Shown: piece after piece, positions 28,158 through 37,324 of the stretch | How the letters are laid out: each line of letters opens with the position of its first letter | How positions within the stretch are numbered: the stretch's first letter is position 1 | NCBI GenBank assembly: GCA_003242505.2 | Contig: QGUP02000001.1 | Coordinates: 1,917-65,916, forward strand | Direction of reading: 5' to 3' | From: Bacillota bacterium | GTDB lineage: Bacteria > Bacillota > Sulfobacillia > Symbiobacteriales > ZC4RG38 | Length of the DNA: 64,000 nt | Made by a program: the position numbers and the translations under genes | The notes under the pieces: model-generated | What the model was told of the DNA's origin: nothing | Databases searched by the model: none | Seen by the model: the letters and a program-made list of their open reading frames with translations, nothing else

Positions 28158-28234
28158 CGGCCATTCCCTCCTGCTGGTGTGGTGCGGCGCCGGTACGCCC
28201 TTGCCGGGCGGCGCCTGGAATCGAGCCCCTGCAA

Positions 28235-29080
28235 TCAGACCCCTGAAACGCTTTCGAGGCTGCCGAAGTCTATTTTAACGTGGTACCCTGCATACTTGGG
28301 GATGTTGACCACCTGCACCTTCCCTGCCGCCCGGGCCTCCGGGTCGGCGGCCAGGAGCAGGTACTTGGCCTTCATCCCCACCAGGATCCCCGCCGCCGGG
28401 CCCCGGTCCAGGTCGACGGGGCTCACGCTCTCCACCGGCCCGGTCACGGGGTAGGAGAACCGCCAGGTCACCTGCTCGTCCTCCGGGAGCAGGTAGGGCC
28501 GGTACTCCTCGGGCACCAGGGCCAGGACCTGCTGCCGGACCTCCTCCAGGGGGGCGGCGGAGACCTCGCCCCTCAGCATCTTCCGCCAATTGGTCTTGTC
28601 CGGCAGGTGCCGGCTCAGGAGCTGTTCCAGCTCCCCGGCCATTCGCCGGTTGGGGAGCCGGGCGATGGGCACCGCCTCCACGGCTCCCTGCTCCAGCCAC
28701 CGGCCCGGCAGGTTCCGGCTGAGCCCCACCTTGATGTCGCTGGATCGGGCCAGGTAGAGGTAGGTGGGGACCATGCAGTGGGCGTCGCCCCACTTCTGGT
28801 CCCGGCAGGTCTCGTAGTGGCAGGTGTGAGGATTTACCACGCAAAGGTCGTTCTGGGGCAGGTCCCGGAAGCAGGGATAGCAGGAGCCGTTGGGGAAGAG
28901 CTTTTTCACCCTTCGGCCGCACCAGACGCAGGCCTTCTCGCCGGTGTGGACCAGCCGGACCGGCCGGCCCAGGTGCGGCATCAGGTCGACTGGGCCTGTG
29001 TCCAGTTCCAGCCGGTAGACGACCGCACCGCCGTCGGCCAGGTCCGGCGCGAGGTCCCGGAGGTAACCGGTGATCGTCAC
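28235..29080 (-). CDS. Cys-rich protein, DUF2797-like (family call from memory)
   Basis: GTG at 29080 after GGAGG. Cysteine cluster CVWCGRRVKKLFPNGSCYPCF...CVVNPHTCHYETC. GTGA start/stop overlap with the upstream gene. Confidence 0.55.
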   Translation of the reverse strand: MTITGYLRDLAPDLADGGAVVYRLELDTGPVDLMPHLGRPVRLVHTGEKACVWCGRRVKKLFPNGSCYPCFRDLPQNDLCVVNPHTCHYETCRDQKWGDAHCMVPTYLYLARSSDIKVGLSRNLPGRWLEQGAVEAVPIARLPNRRMAGELEQLLSRHLPDKTNWRKMLRGEVSAAPLEEVRQQVLALVPEEYRPYLLPEDEQVTWRFSYPVTGPVESVSPVDLDRGPAAGILVGMKAKYLLLAADPEARAAGKVQVVNIPKYAGYHVKIDFGSLESVSGV

Positions 29081-29589
29081 CCTTTCGCCTCCACTTCCGC
29101 CCCCTCTTCCCACACCGGCGGGATGCCCCAGGCCCGCAGAAGGGTGGTGAACTGGAACCCGCAGCGGTGCAGCCCTTCGCAGGTCTGGTGGAGGGCTTCC
29201 ATCGCCAGTGCGGCCTGTTCGACGGTCAGGTACCCGGCCCGCAGGCCGGCGGCAAACTCGTGGCAGTCCAGCACCTTGTAGTAACCCCGGGGATAGATCA
29301 GCAGGTCGAGGTACCAATCGGTAACCGCCAGGCCCAGGGGATGGGGCGCGGTATCGACGATGTCAATGTACCAGCGGAACCGGGTGGGCTCCCGGCGCCG
29401 GATCCGGCTGGCCATCACCCGGCGCTCGGGCAACACCACGGCGAGGTCCCACTGGTCCCACCCGGCATGGGGGCGCCGGGCGACCCACGCGGGGCCGATC
29501 TGGGTGATGATGGCCGGTTCCGTGTGACCATCGTGATATCGGACCTGGCGGGACTGGCGGTCCAGAATCGTCGTGTAAGGCGCTTTCAT
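29077..29589 (-). CDS. DUF402-family protein (Ntdp/FomD-like nucleotide phosphatase fold)
   Basis: ATG at 29589, 5 nt after GGGAGGA. WYIDIVD...TDWYLDLLIYPRGYYKVLDCHEFAAGLRAGYLTVEQA parallels the DUF402 core (YIDYDLDIKVYPNG..LLDEDEY). Confidence 0.6.
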   Translation of the reverse strand: MKAPYTTILDRQSRQVRYHDGHTEPAIITQIGPAWVARRPHAGWDQWDLAVVLPERRVMASRIRRREPTRFRWYIDIVDTAPHPLGLAVTDWYLDLLIYPRGYYKVLDCHEFAAGLRAGYLTVEQAALAMEALHQTCEGLHRCGFQFTTLLRAWGIPPVWEEGAEVEAKG

Positions 29590-29716
29590 GGCCGTCCTCC
29601 CGCAGGAATACTGGCAGGAATTCTTCTGGCGGCAATTCGATTTTGGGGCGTGCGGTTCCTGCCCAGCAGGGACAGGGAGATTTCGAACTTCGAAGAAGAA
29701 GTAGGAGGCGCAGCCG

Positions 29717-30550
29717 ATGGCGTACCTGTTGATGGCAGTGGGGATGGCGATGGCCCTGCTGGCCCTGTGGCGGGCCATGGCCGGCGGGGAGGAGGAGCCC
29801 CGGCGCCGGGGCCGGTCCGCAGGCGCAGCCCAGGGCCGGACGGGCAGCGGGGCGGAGGTGGCGGCCGGACTGGATCCCGCAGATCCCCGGGCCGCTGCCT
29901 GGGCGGTGCTCCGGGAGCCGGTCCAGGTGGAACCCGGGCTCCTCGACCTCATCGCCCGGCGACCCCCGGCCCGGCAGTTCCGCATCGGCACCCTCCTGGG
30001 GTTCGGCCTTGGCCTGGCGGTGGCCGGGGGCATCTGGCTCCTGGCCCAGAACATGGGGTGGGCTGTGCCGCCCCAGGTCGCCGCGGGCCCGGGCCCCGGC
30101 GGCCAGCGCGCCGCCGCCGGCGAGGCCGGCGGTGGGGGGTCGGCCGGAAGCGGGGGCGAAATCTCTGGTCGGGCTACCGGTGGTAGCGCTGCTGGCGGCG
30201 AGGCGACAGGCCGCGGGGCCACCGGCGACGGGGCCGGCGGGATTTCCGGGGCTCCTGCCTCCGGCGGCGGGGACACCCCCGCCTCGACGGGGGCGGCGGA
30301 AAACCCTGGCGGCGGCGCCACCGGCGCTCAGACTGCGCCGGGGACCCTGGTGACGGTGGTCATCGACCCGGGGATGACCGCGCCCCAGATTGCCGCCCGG
30401 CTCCGGGAAAAGGGCCTCATCGCCGACGAGGCCGCCTTCCTGGCCCGGCTGGCGGAGCGAGGGATGGACACCCGGCTCCAGGCGGGGACCTTCCAGATCC
30501 CAGTGGGAGCCAGCCTGGACCAGGTGATCGACCGGCTGGCCGGGATGTGA
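29717..30550 (+). CDS. Membrane protein with a YceG/MltG N-terminal (LysM-like) domain only
   Basis: ATG after AGGAGG. One TM, a long Gly/Ala-rich linker, and a C-terminal VTVVIDPGMTAPQIAARLREKGLIADEAAFLARL...LQAGTFQIPVGASLDQVIDRL. Confidence 0.55.
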   Translation: MAYLLMAVGMAMALLALWRAMAGGEEEPRRRGRSAGAAQGRTGSGAEVAAGLDPADPRAAAWAVLREPVQVEPGLLDLIARRPPARQFRIGTLLGFGLGLAVAGGIWLLAQNMGWAVPPQVAAGPGPGGQRAAAGEAGGGGSAGSGGEISGRATGGSAAGGEATGRGATGDGAGGISGAPASGGGDTPASTGAAENPGGGATGAQTAPGTLVTVVIDPGMTAPQIAARLREKGLIADEAAFLARLAERGMDTRLQAGTFQIPVGASLDQVIDRLAGM

Positions 30551-30842
30551 GGAGCGGCGGTGCGGGCTCGCCCAGGGCCGCCTGGCGTGGCCGGCGGATC
30601 GGCCGCTGATCGTGGGCATCCTTGACGAGGTTCGTCAGGGGTGCCCTTTGTTCTTCCACGGGTTGTCCCACGGCCGCAGCGGTGCGGGATGCCCCTTCTT
30701 GGGCCGCGGCCCTGGTTCCACGGCGGGCGGAGGGCCGGACCCGGGGGAGCCGGTCCTGCGGCGGATCGGGGTCGGAACCCGCGGATGACCGGCACCCGTC
30801 GAAGGGGGAGGGAACCGACGACATGGAGAGGGGGAAGGGGCC

Positions 30843-31475
30843 GTGCCGCCAACCTTGACCTGGAAGCGCAAGTCCATGGGCATCCTGACCGCCCTGGCCC
30901 TCGTCTTGACCTGGAAACACAAATCGATGGGCATCCTGACCGCCCTGGCCCTGGTCCTGTCCGGGTGCGGCTCGGACCCGGACCGGGCGCCCTCGGCCCT
31001 GCCGCCGGCGCCGGAGCCGGAGGCCAGGTCCGTGCGGGAGCAGGTGCCCCGGTGGACCGGGGCGGCGGAAGACGGCATCCTGGCCGCGGAGGTAACCCTG
31101 GTGCTGCGGCCGGGGAAGGTGATGAAGGGGACGGTCGGGGAGCCGGCGGAGGCGCCGGCCCCGGGGCCGGGGAACGGGGCTGACCGCCACTATGAGGTGA
31201 TCGTCACCGTCCGGAACCAGGGGACCGAGCCGGTGGTCCTCTACCACGACTGCCACCACTTGATCTGGCTCAAGGGGATGACCGTCATCTGGGACTGCGA
31301 GCCCCTGGAGCCCGTCTACCTGGCCCCCGGAAAGGAATTCTCCCATGGGTCGGCCCTGCCGGCGGACTACCTGCCCCAGCCGGTGGGGGGCGATCTGGTC
31401 TACCGGCTGGCCTCCGAGGTGCCCGACGGGCCGGAGCGCCGGCTGCCGGTCACCCTGGGGCCGGAGCGCCCGTGA
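30843..31475 (+). CDS. Hypothetical lipoprotein with a duplicated signal-peptide segment (alternative starts 30876 and 30927)
   Basis: GTG after GGGGGAAGGGG. The N-terminus reads ...LTWKRKSMGILTALALV LTWKHKSMGILTALALV LSGCGS (lipobox). Confidence 0.5.
   Translation: MPPTLTWKRKSMGILTALALVLTWKHKSMGILTALALVLSGCGSDPDRAPSALPPAPEPEARSVREQVPRWTGAAEDGILAAEVTLVLRPGKVMKGTVGEPAEAPAPGPGNGADRHYEVIVTVRNQGTEPVVLYHDCHHLIWLKGMTVIWDCEPLEPVYLAPGKEFSHGSALPADYLPQPVGGDLVYRLASEVPDGPERRLPVTLGPERP
30854..30955 (+). repeat. 51-bp tandem duplication (2 units, in frame) covering the signal peptide
   Basis: Units 30854-30904 and 30905-30955 differ at about 7 positions. Confidence 0.85.
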
Positions 31476-31485
31476 CGAGGGGGCC

Positions 31486-32343
31486 TTACCGTCGCCGGAA
31501 GGGCAGGGAGAGGGCGAAGGGGTGGAACCGGCCCACCACCTCGGCGGTCTCGGAGATGGTCATGAAGGCCTGGGGATCCACCCCGAGGACCAGTTCCTTC
31601 AGCCGGGCCACCTCGTACCGGGTGACGACGCAGAGGAGGATCCGCTTCCGGGCGTGGGTGAAGGCCCCCTCCCCTTCGAGGAAGGTCACCCCGCGGTGGA
31701 GGTCCCGGAGGATCCGCTCCGCGACCTCTTCGGGCCGGTCGGTGACGATGAGGGCCGTCCGCTTGGCCCGGGCGGTGAGCAGGGCGTCCAGGGTCCGGGA
31801 CGAGGCGAACATGGAGATGAGGGTGTACATCGCCGCCTCGGGCCCGAAGACCAGACCGGCGGCGCCGATGATGAGCCCGTTGAGGACCATCAGGGCCTCG
31901 CCCACGTCGATCCCCAGCCGCTTGTGGAGCGCCTTGCCGATGACGTCCAGGCCGCCGGAGGAGCCGCCGGCCCGCAGCGCCATGCCGTACCCGATGCCGG
32001 AGAGAACCCCGCCGAAGATCGCGGCCAGCAGCCGGTCGTCGGTGAGGACCGGCAGGTGCACCAGGTCCATCAGGGCGGAGAAGGCGACGAGGAAGAGGGC
32101 CGTGAGGACGATGAACTTGGTGCCGAACTCCCGGAGCCCGAGGGCGAAGACCGGGACGTTGAGGAGCAGGATCAGCGCACCGGCGGGGAGCCCGGTCAGG
32201 CGGCTGAGCAGCAGGCCGATGCCGAAGATCCCGCCGGCGATCATCTCGTTGGGCACCAGGAGGGTCCGGAAGGCCACCGCCGCGATCATGGCGCTCAGCG
32301 GCATGGCCAGGTACGGCCAGGCGGCCCGGATCAGTCGGTACAT
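31486..32343 (-). CDS. YitT-family membrane protein (DUF161 + DUF2179)
   Basis: ATG at 32343, 9 nt after AGGGAG. TM region with GGSSGGLDVIG, and a C-terminal DUF2179-like RGVTFLEGEGAFT...ILLCVVTRYEVARLKELV. Confidence 0.85.
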   Translation of the reverse strand: MYRLIRAAWPYLAMPLSAMIAAVAFRTLLVPNEMIAGGIFGIGLLLSRLTGLPAGALILLLNVPVFALGLREFGTKFIVLTALFLVAFSALMDLVHLPVLTDDRLLAAIFGGVLSGIGYGMALRAGGSSGGLDVIGKALHKRLGIDVGEALMVLNGLIIGAAGLVFGPEAAMYTLISMFASSRTLDALLTARAKRTALIVTDRPEEVAERILRDLHRGVTFLEGEGAFTHARKRILLCVVTRYEVARLKELVLGVDPQAFMTISETAEVVGRFHPFALSLPFRRR

Positions 32344-32603
32344 CGCCGGTGACTCCCTGGGGGCTGGATTCATGTTTCCAAGTTTAGCATCCCCCGCCGG
32401 GCATGCCAAGGGCAGAGGGAAGGGTTCTGCCCCGGGGTGTGGAAGTCCAAGGAAGTGCACCGCTCCGGCCGCCGCCAGGCCCTGCAGGGATTCGTGAGCG
32501 GCGGAGGCGAGGGGTGCTGTCCAGGGAGGTTGGCGAAGGGACGGCAAGGTCACCGACGGGACAGGGAGGTCACCCATCAGACGTAGGGAGGTCACCGATA
32601 GGA

Positions 32604-33869
32604 ATGGAAGTCCTGAACCGGGAACAGCTCCTCACCGAAGGGGTTGTGGCCAAGTTTCTCCGCTACGTGCAGGTCGACTCCCCCTCCGGGGAGGGGGAGG
32701 GGGTCCCCTCGACCCCCGAGCAGTGGCAGATGGCCCGGCTGCTGGAGGCGGAACTGAGGGAACTCGGCCTCCGGGACGTCCGGGTGGACAGCCACGGCAT
32801 CGTCACCGCCACCCTGCCGGGCAACGTCCCCGGCGCCCCGGCCATCGGCCTCCTGGCCCACTACGACACCTACCCCGGCACTCCGGGGCGGGGGGTGAAG
32901 CCCATCGTCCACCGGCAGTATGCCGGCGGGCCGATCCACCTCCCCGCCGGCCCGGTGCTGAGCCCGGAGGACCAGCCGGCGCTTCTGCAGTGCGTGGGGC
33001 ACGATCTGATCACCTCCGACGGCTCCACCCTCCTGGGCGCGGACGACAAGGCCGGGGTGGCGGAGATCATGGAGGTCCTCTGCCGGCTCCTCCGGAATCC
33101 CGACTGGCCCCGGGGCGACCTGCGGGTGGCCTTCACCCCCGACGAGGAGACGGGCCGGGGGATCCGGCACTTCGACGTGGCCGGCTTTGGCGCGGTGGCC
33201 GCGTACACCTTCGACGGCAGCGGCCTCGGTGAGGTGGAGTGCGAGAACTTCAACGCCCTGAACCTCCGGGTGACCATCGCCGGTCGGAGCGCCCACACCG
33301 GCACCGCCCGGGGGAAGATGATCAACGCCCTCCACCTGGCCGCGGAGTTCATCGGGGCGATCCCGGCCCACATGCGGCCGGAGACCACCTCGGGCTACGA
33401 GGGCTTCATCCACCCCGACGAGATCAAGGGGAACGTGGAGGAGGTCTCCTTCACGGTCCTGCTCCGGGACTTTACCGACGAGGGTCTTGCCCAGAAGCGG
33501 GCCATCGTCGAGGGGCTCCTGGCAGGCCTGGAGCAGCGCTACCCCGGCTGCCGGACCCGGGTGGAGGTGACCGGCGGCTACCGGAATATGAAGCCGGTGC
33601 TGGACCGGCACCCCCGGGTGGTGGAGCTGGCCCTCCGGGCGGTGCGGGAGGCGGGGCTGGAGCCGGTGCAGAAGCCCATCCGGGGCGGTACCGACGGGGC
33701 GGTGCTGACGGAGATGGGGCTGCCGACCCCCAACCTCTTCACCGGCGGTATGAACTACCACAGCCGCACCGAGTGGATCTCGGTCCAGTGGATGGAGAAG
33801 GCGGTGGAGGTGGGCCTTCGGCTGGTGGCCCTCTGGGCCCGGGAGGGCGCCGCCCCACCGGGCGCCTGA
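32604..33869 (+). CDS. pepT: Peptidase T (tripeptide aminopeptidase, M20B)
   Basis: FLRYVQVDSPS..., LLAHYDT, LGADDKAGVAEIMEVL, FTPDEETG, GGTDGA, TPNLFTGGMNYHS. Confidence 0.9.
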   Translation: MEVLNREQLLTEGVVAKFLRYVQVDSPSGEGEGVPSTPEQWQMARLLEAELRELGLRDVRVDSHGIVTATLPGNVPGAPAIGLLAHYDTYPGTPGRGVKPIVHRQYAGGPIHLPAGPVLSPEDQPALLQCVGHDLITSDGSTLLGADDKAGVAEIMEVLCRLLRNPDWPRGDLRVAFTPDEETGRGIRHFDVAGFGAVAAYTFDGSGLGEVECENFNALNLRVTIAGRSAHTGTARGKMINALHLAAEFIGAIPAHMRPETTSGYEGFIHPDEIKGNVEEVSFTVLLRDFTDEGLAQKRAIVEGLLAGLEQRYPGCRTRVEVTGGYRNMKPVLDRHPRVVELALRAVREAGLEPVQKPIRGGTDGAVLTEMGLPTPNLFTGGMNYHSRTEWISVQWMEKAVEVGLRLVALWAREGAAPPGA

Positions 33870-33957
33870 TGGAGTGCCGCCCGACGGCGCCGGATGGGGC
33901 GCCGCCGGGCGAAGTGCCTGACCATCGACCCAGGCGAGCCGCAGGAGGCGATGCCCG

Positions 33958-34449
33958 ATGACACTCCAGGAGCCGGACCGGCTGTGGCTCCTCACCACCA
34001 CCGCGGCCTACCCCGCCCTGTACCGGGCGGAACTGGTCGGGGTGCCGGAGGCGATGCTGCGCTGGAAGCCCTCGGCCCGGGAGTGGTCCCTGGCCGAGGT
34101 GATGGCCCACCTGGCGGACACCGAGGAGGAGTACGTGACCCGGCGGGTCCTGCCCATCCTCCGGGAGGACCGGCCTGCCATCGCCGGCTTCGACCAGGAC
34201 GCCTGGGCGGTGGAGCGCCGGTACAACGACCAGGACCCCATGCAGAACCTGGCCCGGTTCGCCCGGTGGAACGCCGAACTGGTGCGGATCCTCTGGACCC
34301 TGGAGGAGGCGGAGTGGCAGCGGGTGGGCATCCACTCGGAGCGGGGGCCGGTCACCCTGGCGGACCTGGTGGCCACCCTCGCCCGGCACCACGCCAGCCA
34401 CCTGAACCAGATGCGCCGGGTGAAGCTCCAGTACCTCTCCCGGGCCTGA
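33958..34449 (+). CDS. DinB-family (DinB_2) protein
   Basis: WSLAEVMAHLADTEEEY ... LARHHASHLNQM histidine pattern. 163 aa. Confidence 0.85.
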   Translation: MTLQEPDRLWLLTTTAAYPALYRAELVGVPEAMLRWKPSAREWSLAEVMAHLADTEEEYVTRRVLPILREDRPAIAGFDQDAWAVERRYNDQDPMQNLARFARWNAELVRILWTLEEAEWQRVGIHSERGPVTLADLVATLARHHASHLNQMRRVKLQYLSRA

Positions 34450-34504
34450 GGGGCGGCGGGATCCAACCCGGCGAAAGTTCGGAGGTGTCGGCGAGGGCAG
34501 CGGA

Positions 34505-34513
34505 TGTTATAAT
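34505..34513 (+). promoter_or_regulatory. Extended -10 element (TGtTATAAT) upstream of the aminotransferase gene
   Basis: Read directly. It lies 38 nt upstream of the ATG at 34551. No good -35 element. Confidence 0.4.
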
Positions 34514-34550
34514 CCTTGTTAAAATCCGAACAGCGGAGGCGTACCGAGCG

Positions 34551-35744
34551 ATGCTGAGCCAGCGAGCCCGTGCCCTCGCGCCCTCGCCCACCATGGCCAT
34601 CGACGCCCGGGCCAAGGAACTCCTGAGCCAGGGGGTGGACGTGGTCAACTTCAGCGTCGGCGAGCCGGACTTCGACACCCCGGAGACGGCCAAGACCGGT
34701 GGGATCGAGGCCATCCGGTCCGGCTTCACCAAGTACACCCCCGCCGCCGGCACCCTGGAGCTGCGCCGGGCGGTGGCGAAAAAGCTCCGGGAGGAGAACA
34801 GCCTGGAGTACGCCCCGGAGGAGATCGTCCTCTCCAACGGGGCCAAGCAGGCCCTCTACAACGCCTACATGGTCCTCCTCGACCCCGGCGACGAGGTGAT
34901 CCTCCAGGCGCCCTACTGGGTGAGCTACCCCGAGATGATCCGGCTGGCCGGCGGGGTGCCGGTGGTGGTGGAGACCGACGAGTCCACGGGCTTCAAGATG
35001 ACTCCCGAGATGATCCGGGAAAAGCTCACCCCCCGGACCAGGGCCATCAACCTGAACAACCCGTCCAACCCCACCGGGGCCGTATACACCGAGGAAGAAC
35101 TCAAGGCCATCGCGGAGATAGCGGTGGAGCGGAACCTCGTCGTCATCTCCGACGAGGTCTACGAAAAGCTGGTCTACGACGGGGTCCGGTTTGTCAGCGT
35201 CGCCGCCCTGGACCCGGAGGTCAAGCGCCGGACCGTCACCGTCAACGGCTTCTCCAAGGCCTATGCGATGACCGGTTGGCGGCTGGGGTACGCTGCGGCG
35301 GAGCGGCCCATTGCCAGGGCGATGGCCGACCTCCAGAGCCAGACCACCTCCGGCCCGTCCTCCATCACCCAGAAGGCGGCCCTGGCCGCGCTCCAGGGGG
35401 ACCAGGGCTTCCTGGAGGAGATGCGCCGGGAGTTCGACCGGCGGCGGCTCTACATGCTGGAGCGGCTGCGGTCGATGCCCGGGATCCGGGTGGACGTGGT
35501 GCCCCAGGGGGCCTTCTACCTCTTCCCCAACGTCTCCGGCCTCTTTGGCGCTACCATCCGGGGCCGGCGGATCGCCTCGAGCGACGACCTGGCCATGGTG
35601 CTCCTGGAGGAGGCGAAAGTCGCGGCGGTGCCCGGGACTGGCTTTGGCGCGCCGAACTACCTCCGGTTCTCCTACGCGACCTCCATGGAGCGGATCCGGG
35701 AAGGGATGGACCGGATGGCGGCCCTGCTCAAGGAGGCGGTGTGA
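34551..35744 (+). CDS. Aspartate/aromatic aminotransferase (class I PLP)
   Basis: FSVGEPDFDTP, NPSNPTG, and the PLP lysine motif NGFSKAYAMTGWRLGY. Start at MLSQRA after GGAGG. Confidence 0.9.
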   Translation: MLSQRARALAPSPTMAIDARAKELLSQGVDVVNFSVGEPDFDTPETAKTGGIEAIRSGFTKYTPAAGTLELRRAVAKKLREENSLEYAPEEIVLSNGAKQALYNAYMVLLDPGDEVILQAPYWVSYPEMIRLAGGVPVVVETDESTGFKMTPEMIREKLTPRTRAINLNNPSNPTGAVYTEEELKAIAEIAVERNLVVISDEVYEKLVYDGVRFVSVAALDPEVKRRTVTVNGFSKAYAMTGWRLGYAAAERPIARAMADLQSQTTSGPSSITQKAALAALQGDQGFLEEMRREFDRRRLYMLERLRSMPGIRVDVVPQGAFYLFPNVSGLFGATIRGRRIASSDDLAMVLLEEAKVAAVPGTGFGAPNYLRFSYATSMERIREGMDRMAALLKEAV

Positions 35745-35812
35745 GTTCGTCCCGCGAGGGAAAACCGCCCGGAAGAGAGAAGTTCCTGAAGGCGAAGTAA
35801 CTGCGTGGGCGA

Positions 35813-35840
35813 GAAGGGGAGGGTGGCGGCCCTCCCCTTC
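35813..35840 (+). terminator. Hairpin after the aminotransferase gene
   Basis: GAAGGGGAGGG-tggcgg-CCCTCCCCTTC, followed by CCGG (weak U-tract). Confidence 0.4.
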
Positions 35841-35866
35841 CCGGCGCGAAGGGATGGCGTAGGGGA

Positions 35867-37249
35867 ATGAATTTTCAGGGTCAAAGGGTCGCCGTGGTGG
35901 GGCTGGGGAAGAGCAACCTCCCCTTGATCCGGTGGCTGCGCCGGAAGGGGGCGGAGGTGGTGGCCTGTGACCGGCTGGAGGCCGATGAGCTCGGGGACCG
36001 GATCGCCGAGCTCCGGGAGCTGGGGGTCCGGGAGTTCCACCTGGGGGCGGGGTATCTGGACCGGCTCCCCGAGTTCCGGATCATCTGCCTGACCCCGGGG
36101 ATTCCCAAACACCTGCCGCCCATCCAGGCGGCCCGAGCCCGGGGCGCCTGGATCACCGGCGAGATCCCCCTGGTCCTCGCCCTCTGCCGGGCGCTGGTGG
36201 TGGGCATCACCGGCAGCGCCGGCAAGACCACCACCACCACCCTGGTGGGGGAGATCCTGAAGGCCTCGGGCCGGCAGGTCTACGTCGGCGGGAACATCGG
36301 CACCCCCCTGATCGAACAGGTGGAGAGCCTGCCCCCAGATGCGGTGGTGGTGCTGGAACTCTCCAGTTTCCAGCTTCAGCTCGCGACCCACAGCCCCCGG
36401 GTGGCGGTGCTGACCAACATCAGCCCCAACCACCTGGATGTCCACGCCTCGATGGAAGAGTACGTGGAGGCCAAGAAGAACATCTACCGGTACCAGGGAC
36501 CCGACGGCCGGGTGGTGATCAACGCCGACCATCCGGGCACCGTCCCCCTGATCCCGGAGGTGGAGGAACGGGCGGTCCGGTTCAGCCTCCGGGGGGACCC
36601 CGGCGGCCGCATGGCGGCATTCCTCGAGGACGGCAACCTGGTCTGGCGGGTGGAGAACCACCGGCAGCCGGTCCTCCGCCGGGAGGAGCTGCCCCTCCTG
36701 GGCGATCACAACGTGGCCAACGCCCTGGCGGCCCTGGCCGCGTCGTTCCTTGCCGGCGGGACCTTCCACGCCGCCCGGCAGGTCCTCACCCGGTTCCAGG
36801 GGGTGGAGCACCGGCTGGAGCCGGTCCGGGTCCTGGACGGGGTGCGGTACATCAACGACTCCAAGGCGACAGCCCCGGTGGAGACCCTGGCCGCCCTGGC
36901 GGCCATCCGGGACCCCATCGTGCTCATCGCCGGCGGCTCGGACAAGGGGGTGCCCTTTGACGACCTGGCCGCGGCCCTGGTGGGGAGCCAGGTCCACACC
37001 TTGATCCTGACCGGGGCCACCGCCGGGAAGATCCGCCGGGCGGTAGAGGCCGCGGCCGCCGTCCGGGGGGTGGCCCCGCCCCGGCTGGTGGAGGCCCCGG
37101 ACATGGCCGCCGCGGTCCAGGCCGCCCGGGCCGCGGCCCGGCCCGGGGACGTGGTCCTCCTCTCCCCGGCCTGCGCCTCCTTCGACCGGTACCGCAGCTT
37201 CGAGGAGCGGGGGCGGCACTTCAAGGAACTGGTCATGGCCCTGGAGTGA
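35867..37249 (+). CDS. murD: UDP-N-acetylmuramoyl-L-alanine--D-glutamate ligase
   Basis: N-terminal Rossmann VAVVGLGKSN, Mur ligase P-loop GITGSAGKTTTT, C-terminal domain. No other dcw-cluster genes are adjacent. Confidence 0.85.
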   Translation: MNFQGQRVAVVGLGKSNLPLIRWLRRKGAEVVACDRLEADELGDRIAELRELGVREFHLGAGYLDRLPEFRIICLTPGIPKHLPPIQAARARGAWITGEIPLVLALCRALVVGITGSAGKTTTTTLVGEILKASGRQVYVGGNIGTPLIEQVESLPPDAVVVLELSSFQLQLATHSPRVAVLTNISPNHLDVHASMEEYVEAKKNIYRYQGPDGRVVINADHPGTVPLIPEVEERAVRFSLRGDPGGRMAAFLEDGNLVWRVENHRQPVLRREELPLLGDHNVANALAALAASFLAGGTFHAARQVLTRFQGVEHRLEPVRVLDGVRYINDSKATAPVETLAALAAIRDPIVLIAGGSDKGVPFDDLAAALVGSQVHTLILTGATAGKIRRAVEAAAAVRGVAPPRLVEAPDMAAAVQAARAAARPGDVVLLSPACASFDRYRSFEERGRHFKELVMALE

Positions 37250-37324
37250 GGGCGGGCCCGGCGATGTGAAGGAACGGCCCGGGGTGTGAAAGGCCGGCCC
37301 GGGGTGCCCCAGGAGGTGAGCGCC

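Noticed and set aside
30620-30842. GC-rich structured spacer upstream of the lipoprotein gene, considered as a c-di-AMP (ydaO) or c-di-GMP riboswitch.
   Set aside because: Only generic GGGG/CCCC helices are present. The conserved ydaO blocks I remember (ACGGGGA...CCGAAUCC...CAGCUAACC) and the GEMM motifs are absent.
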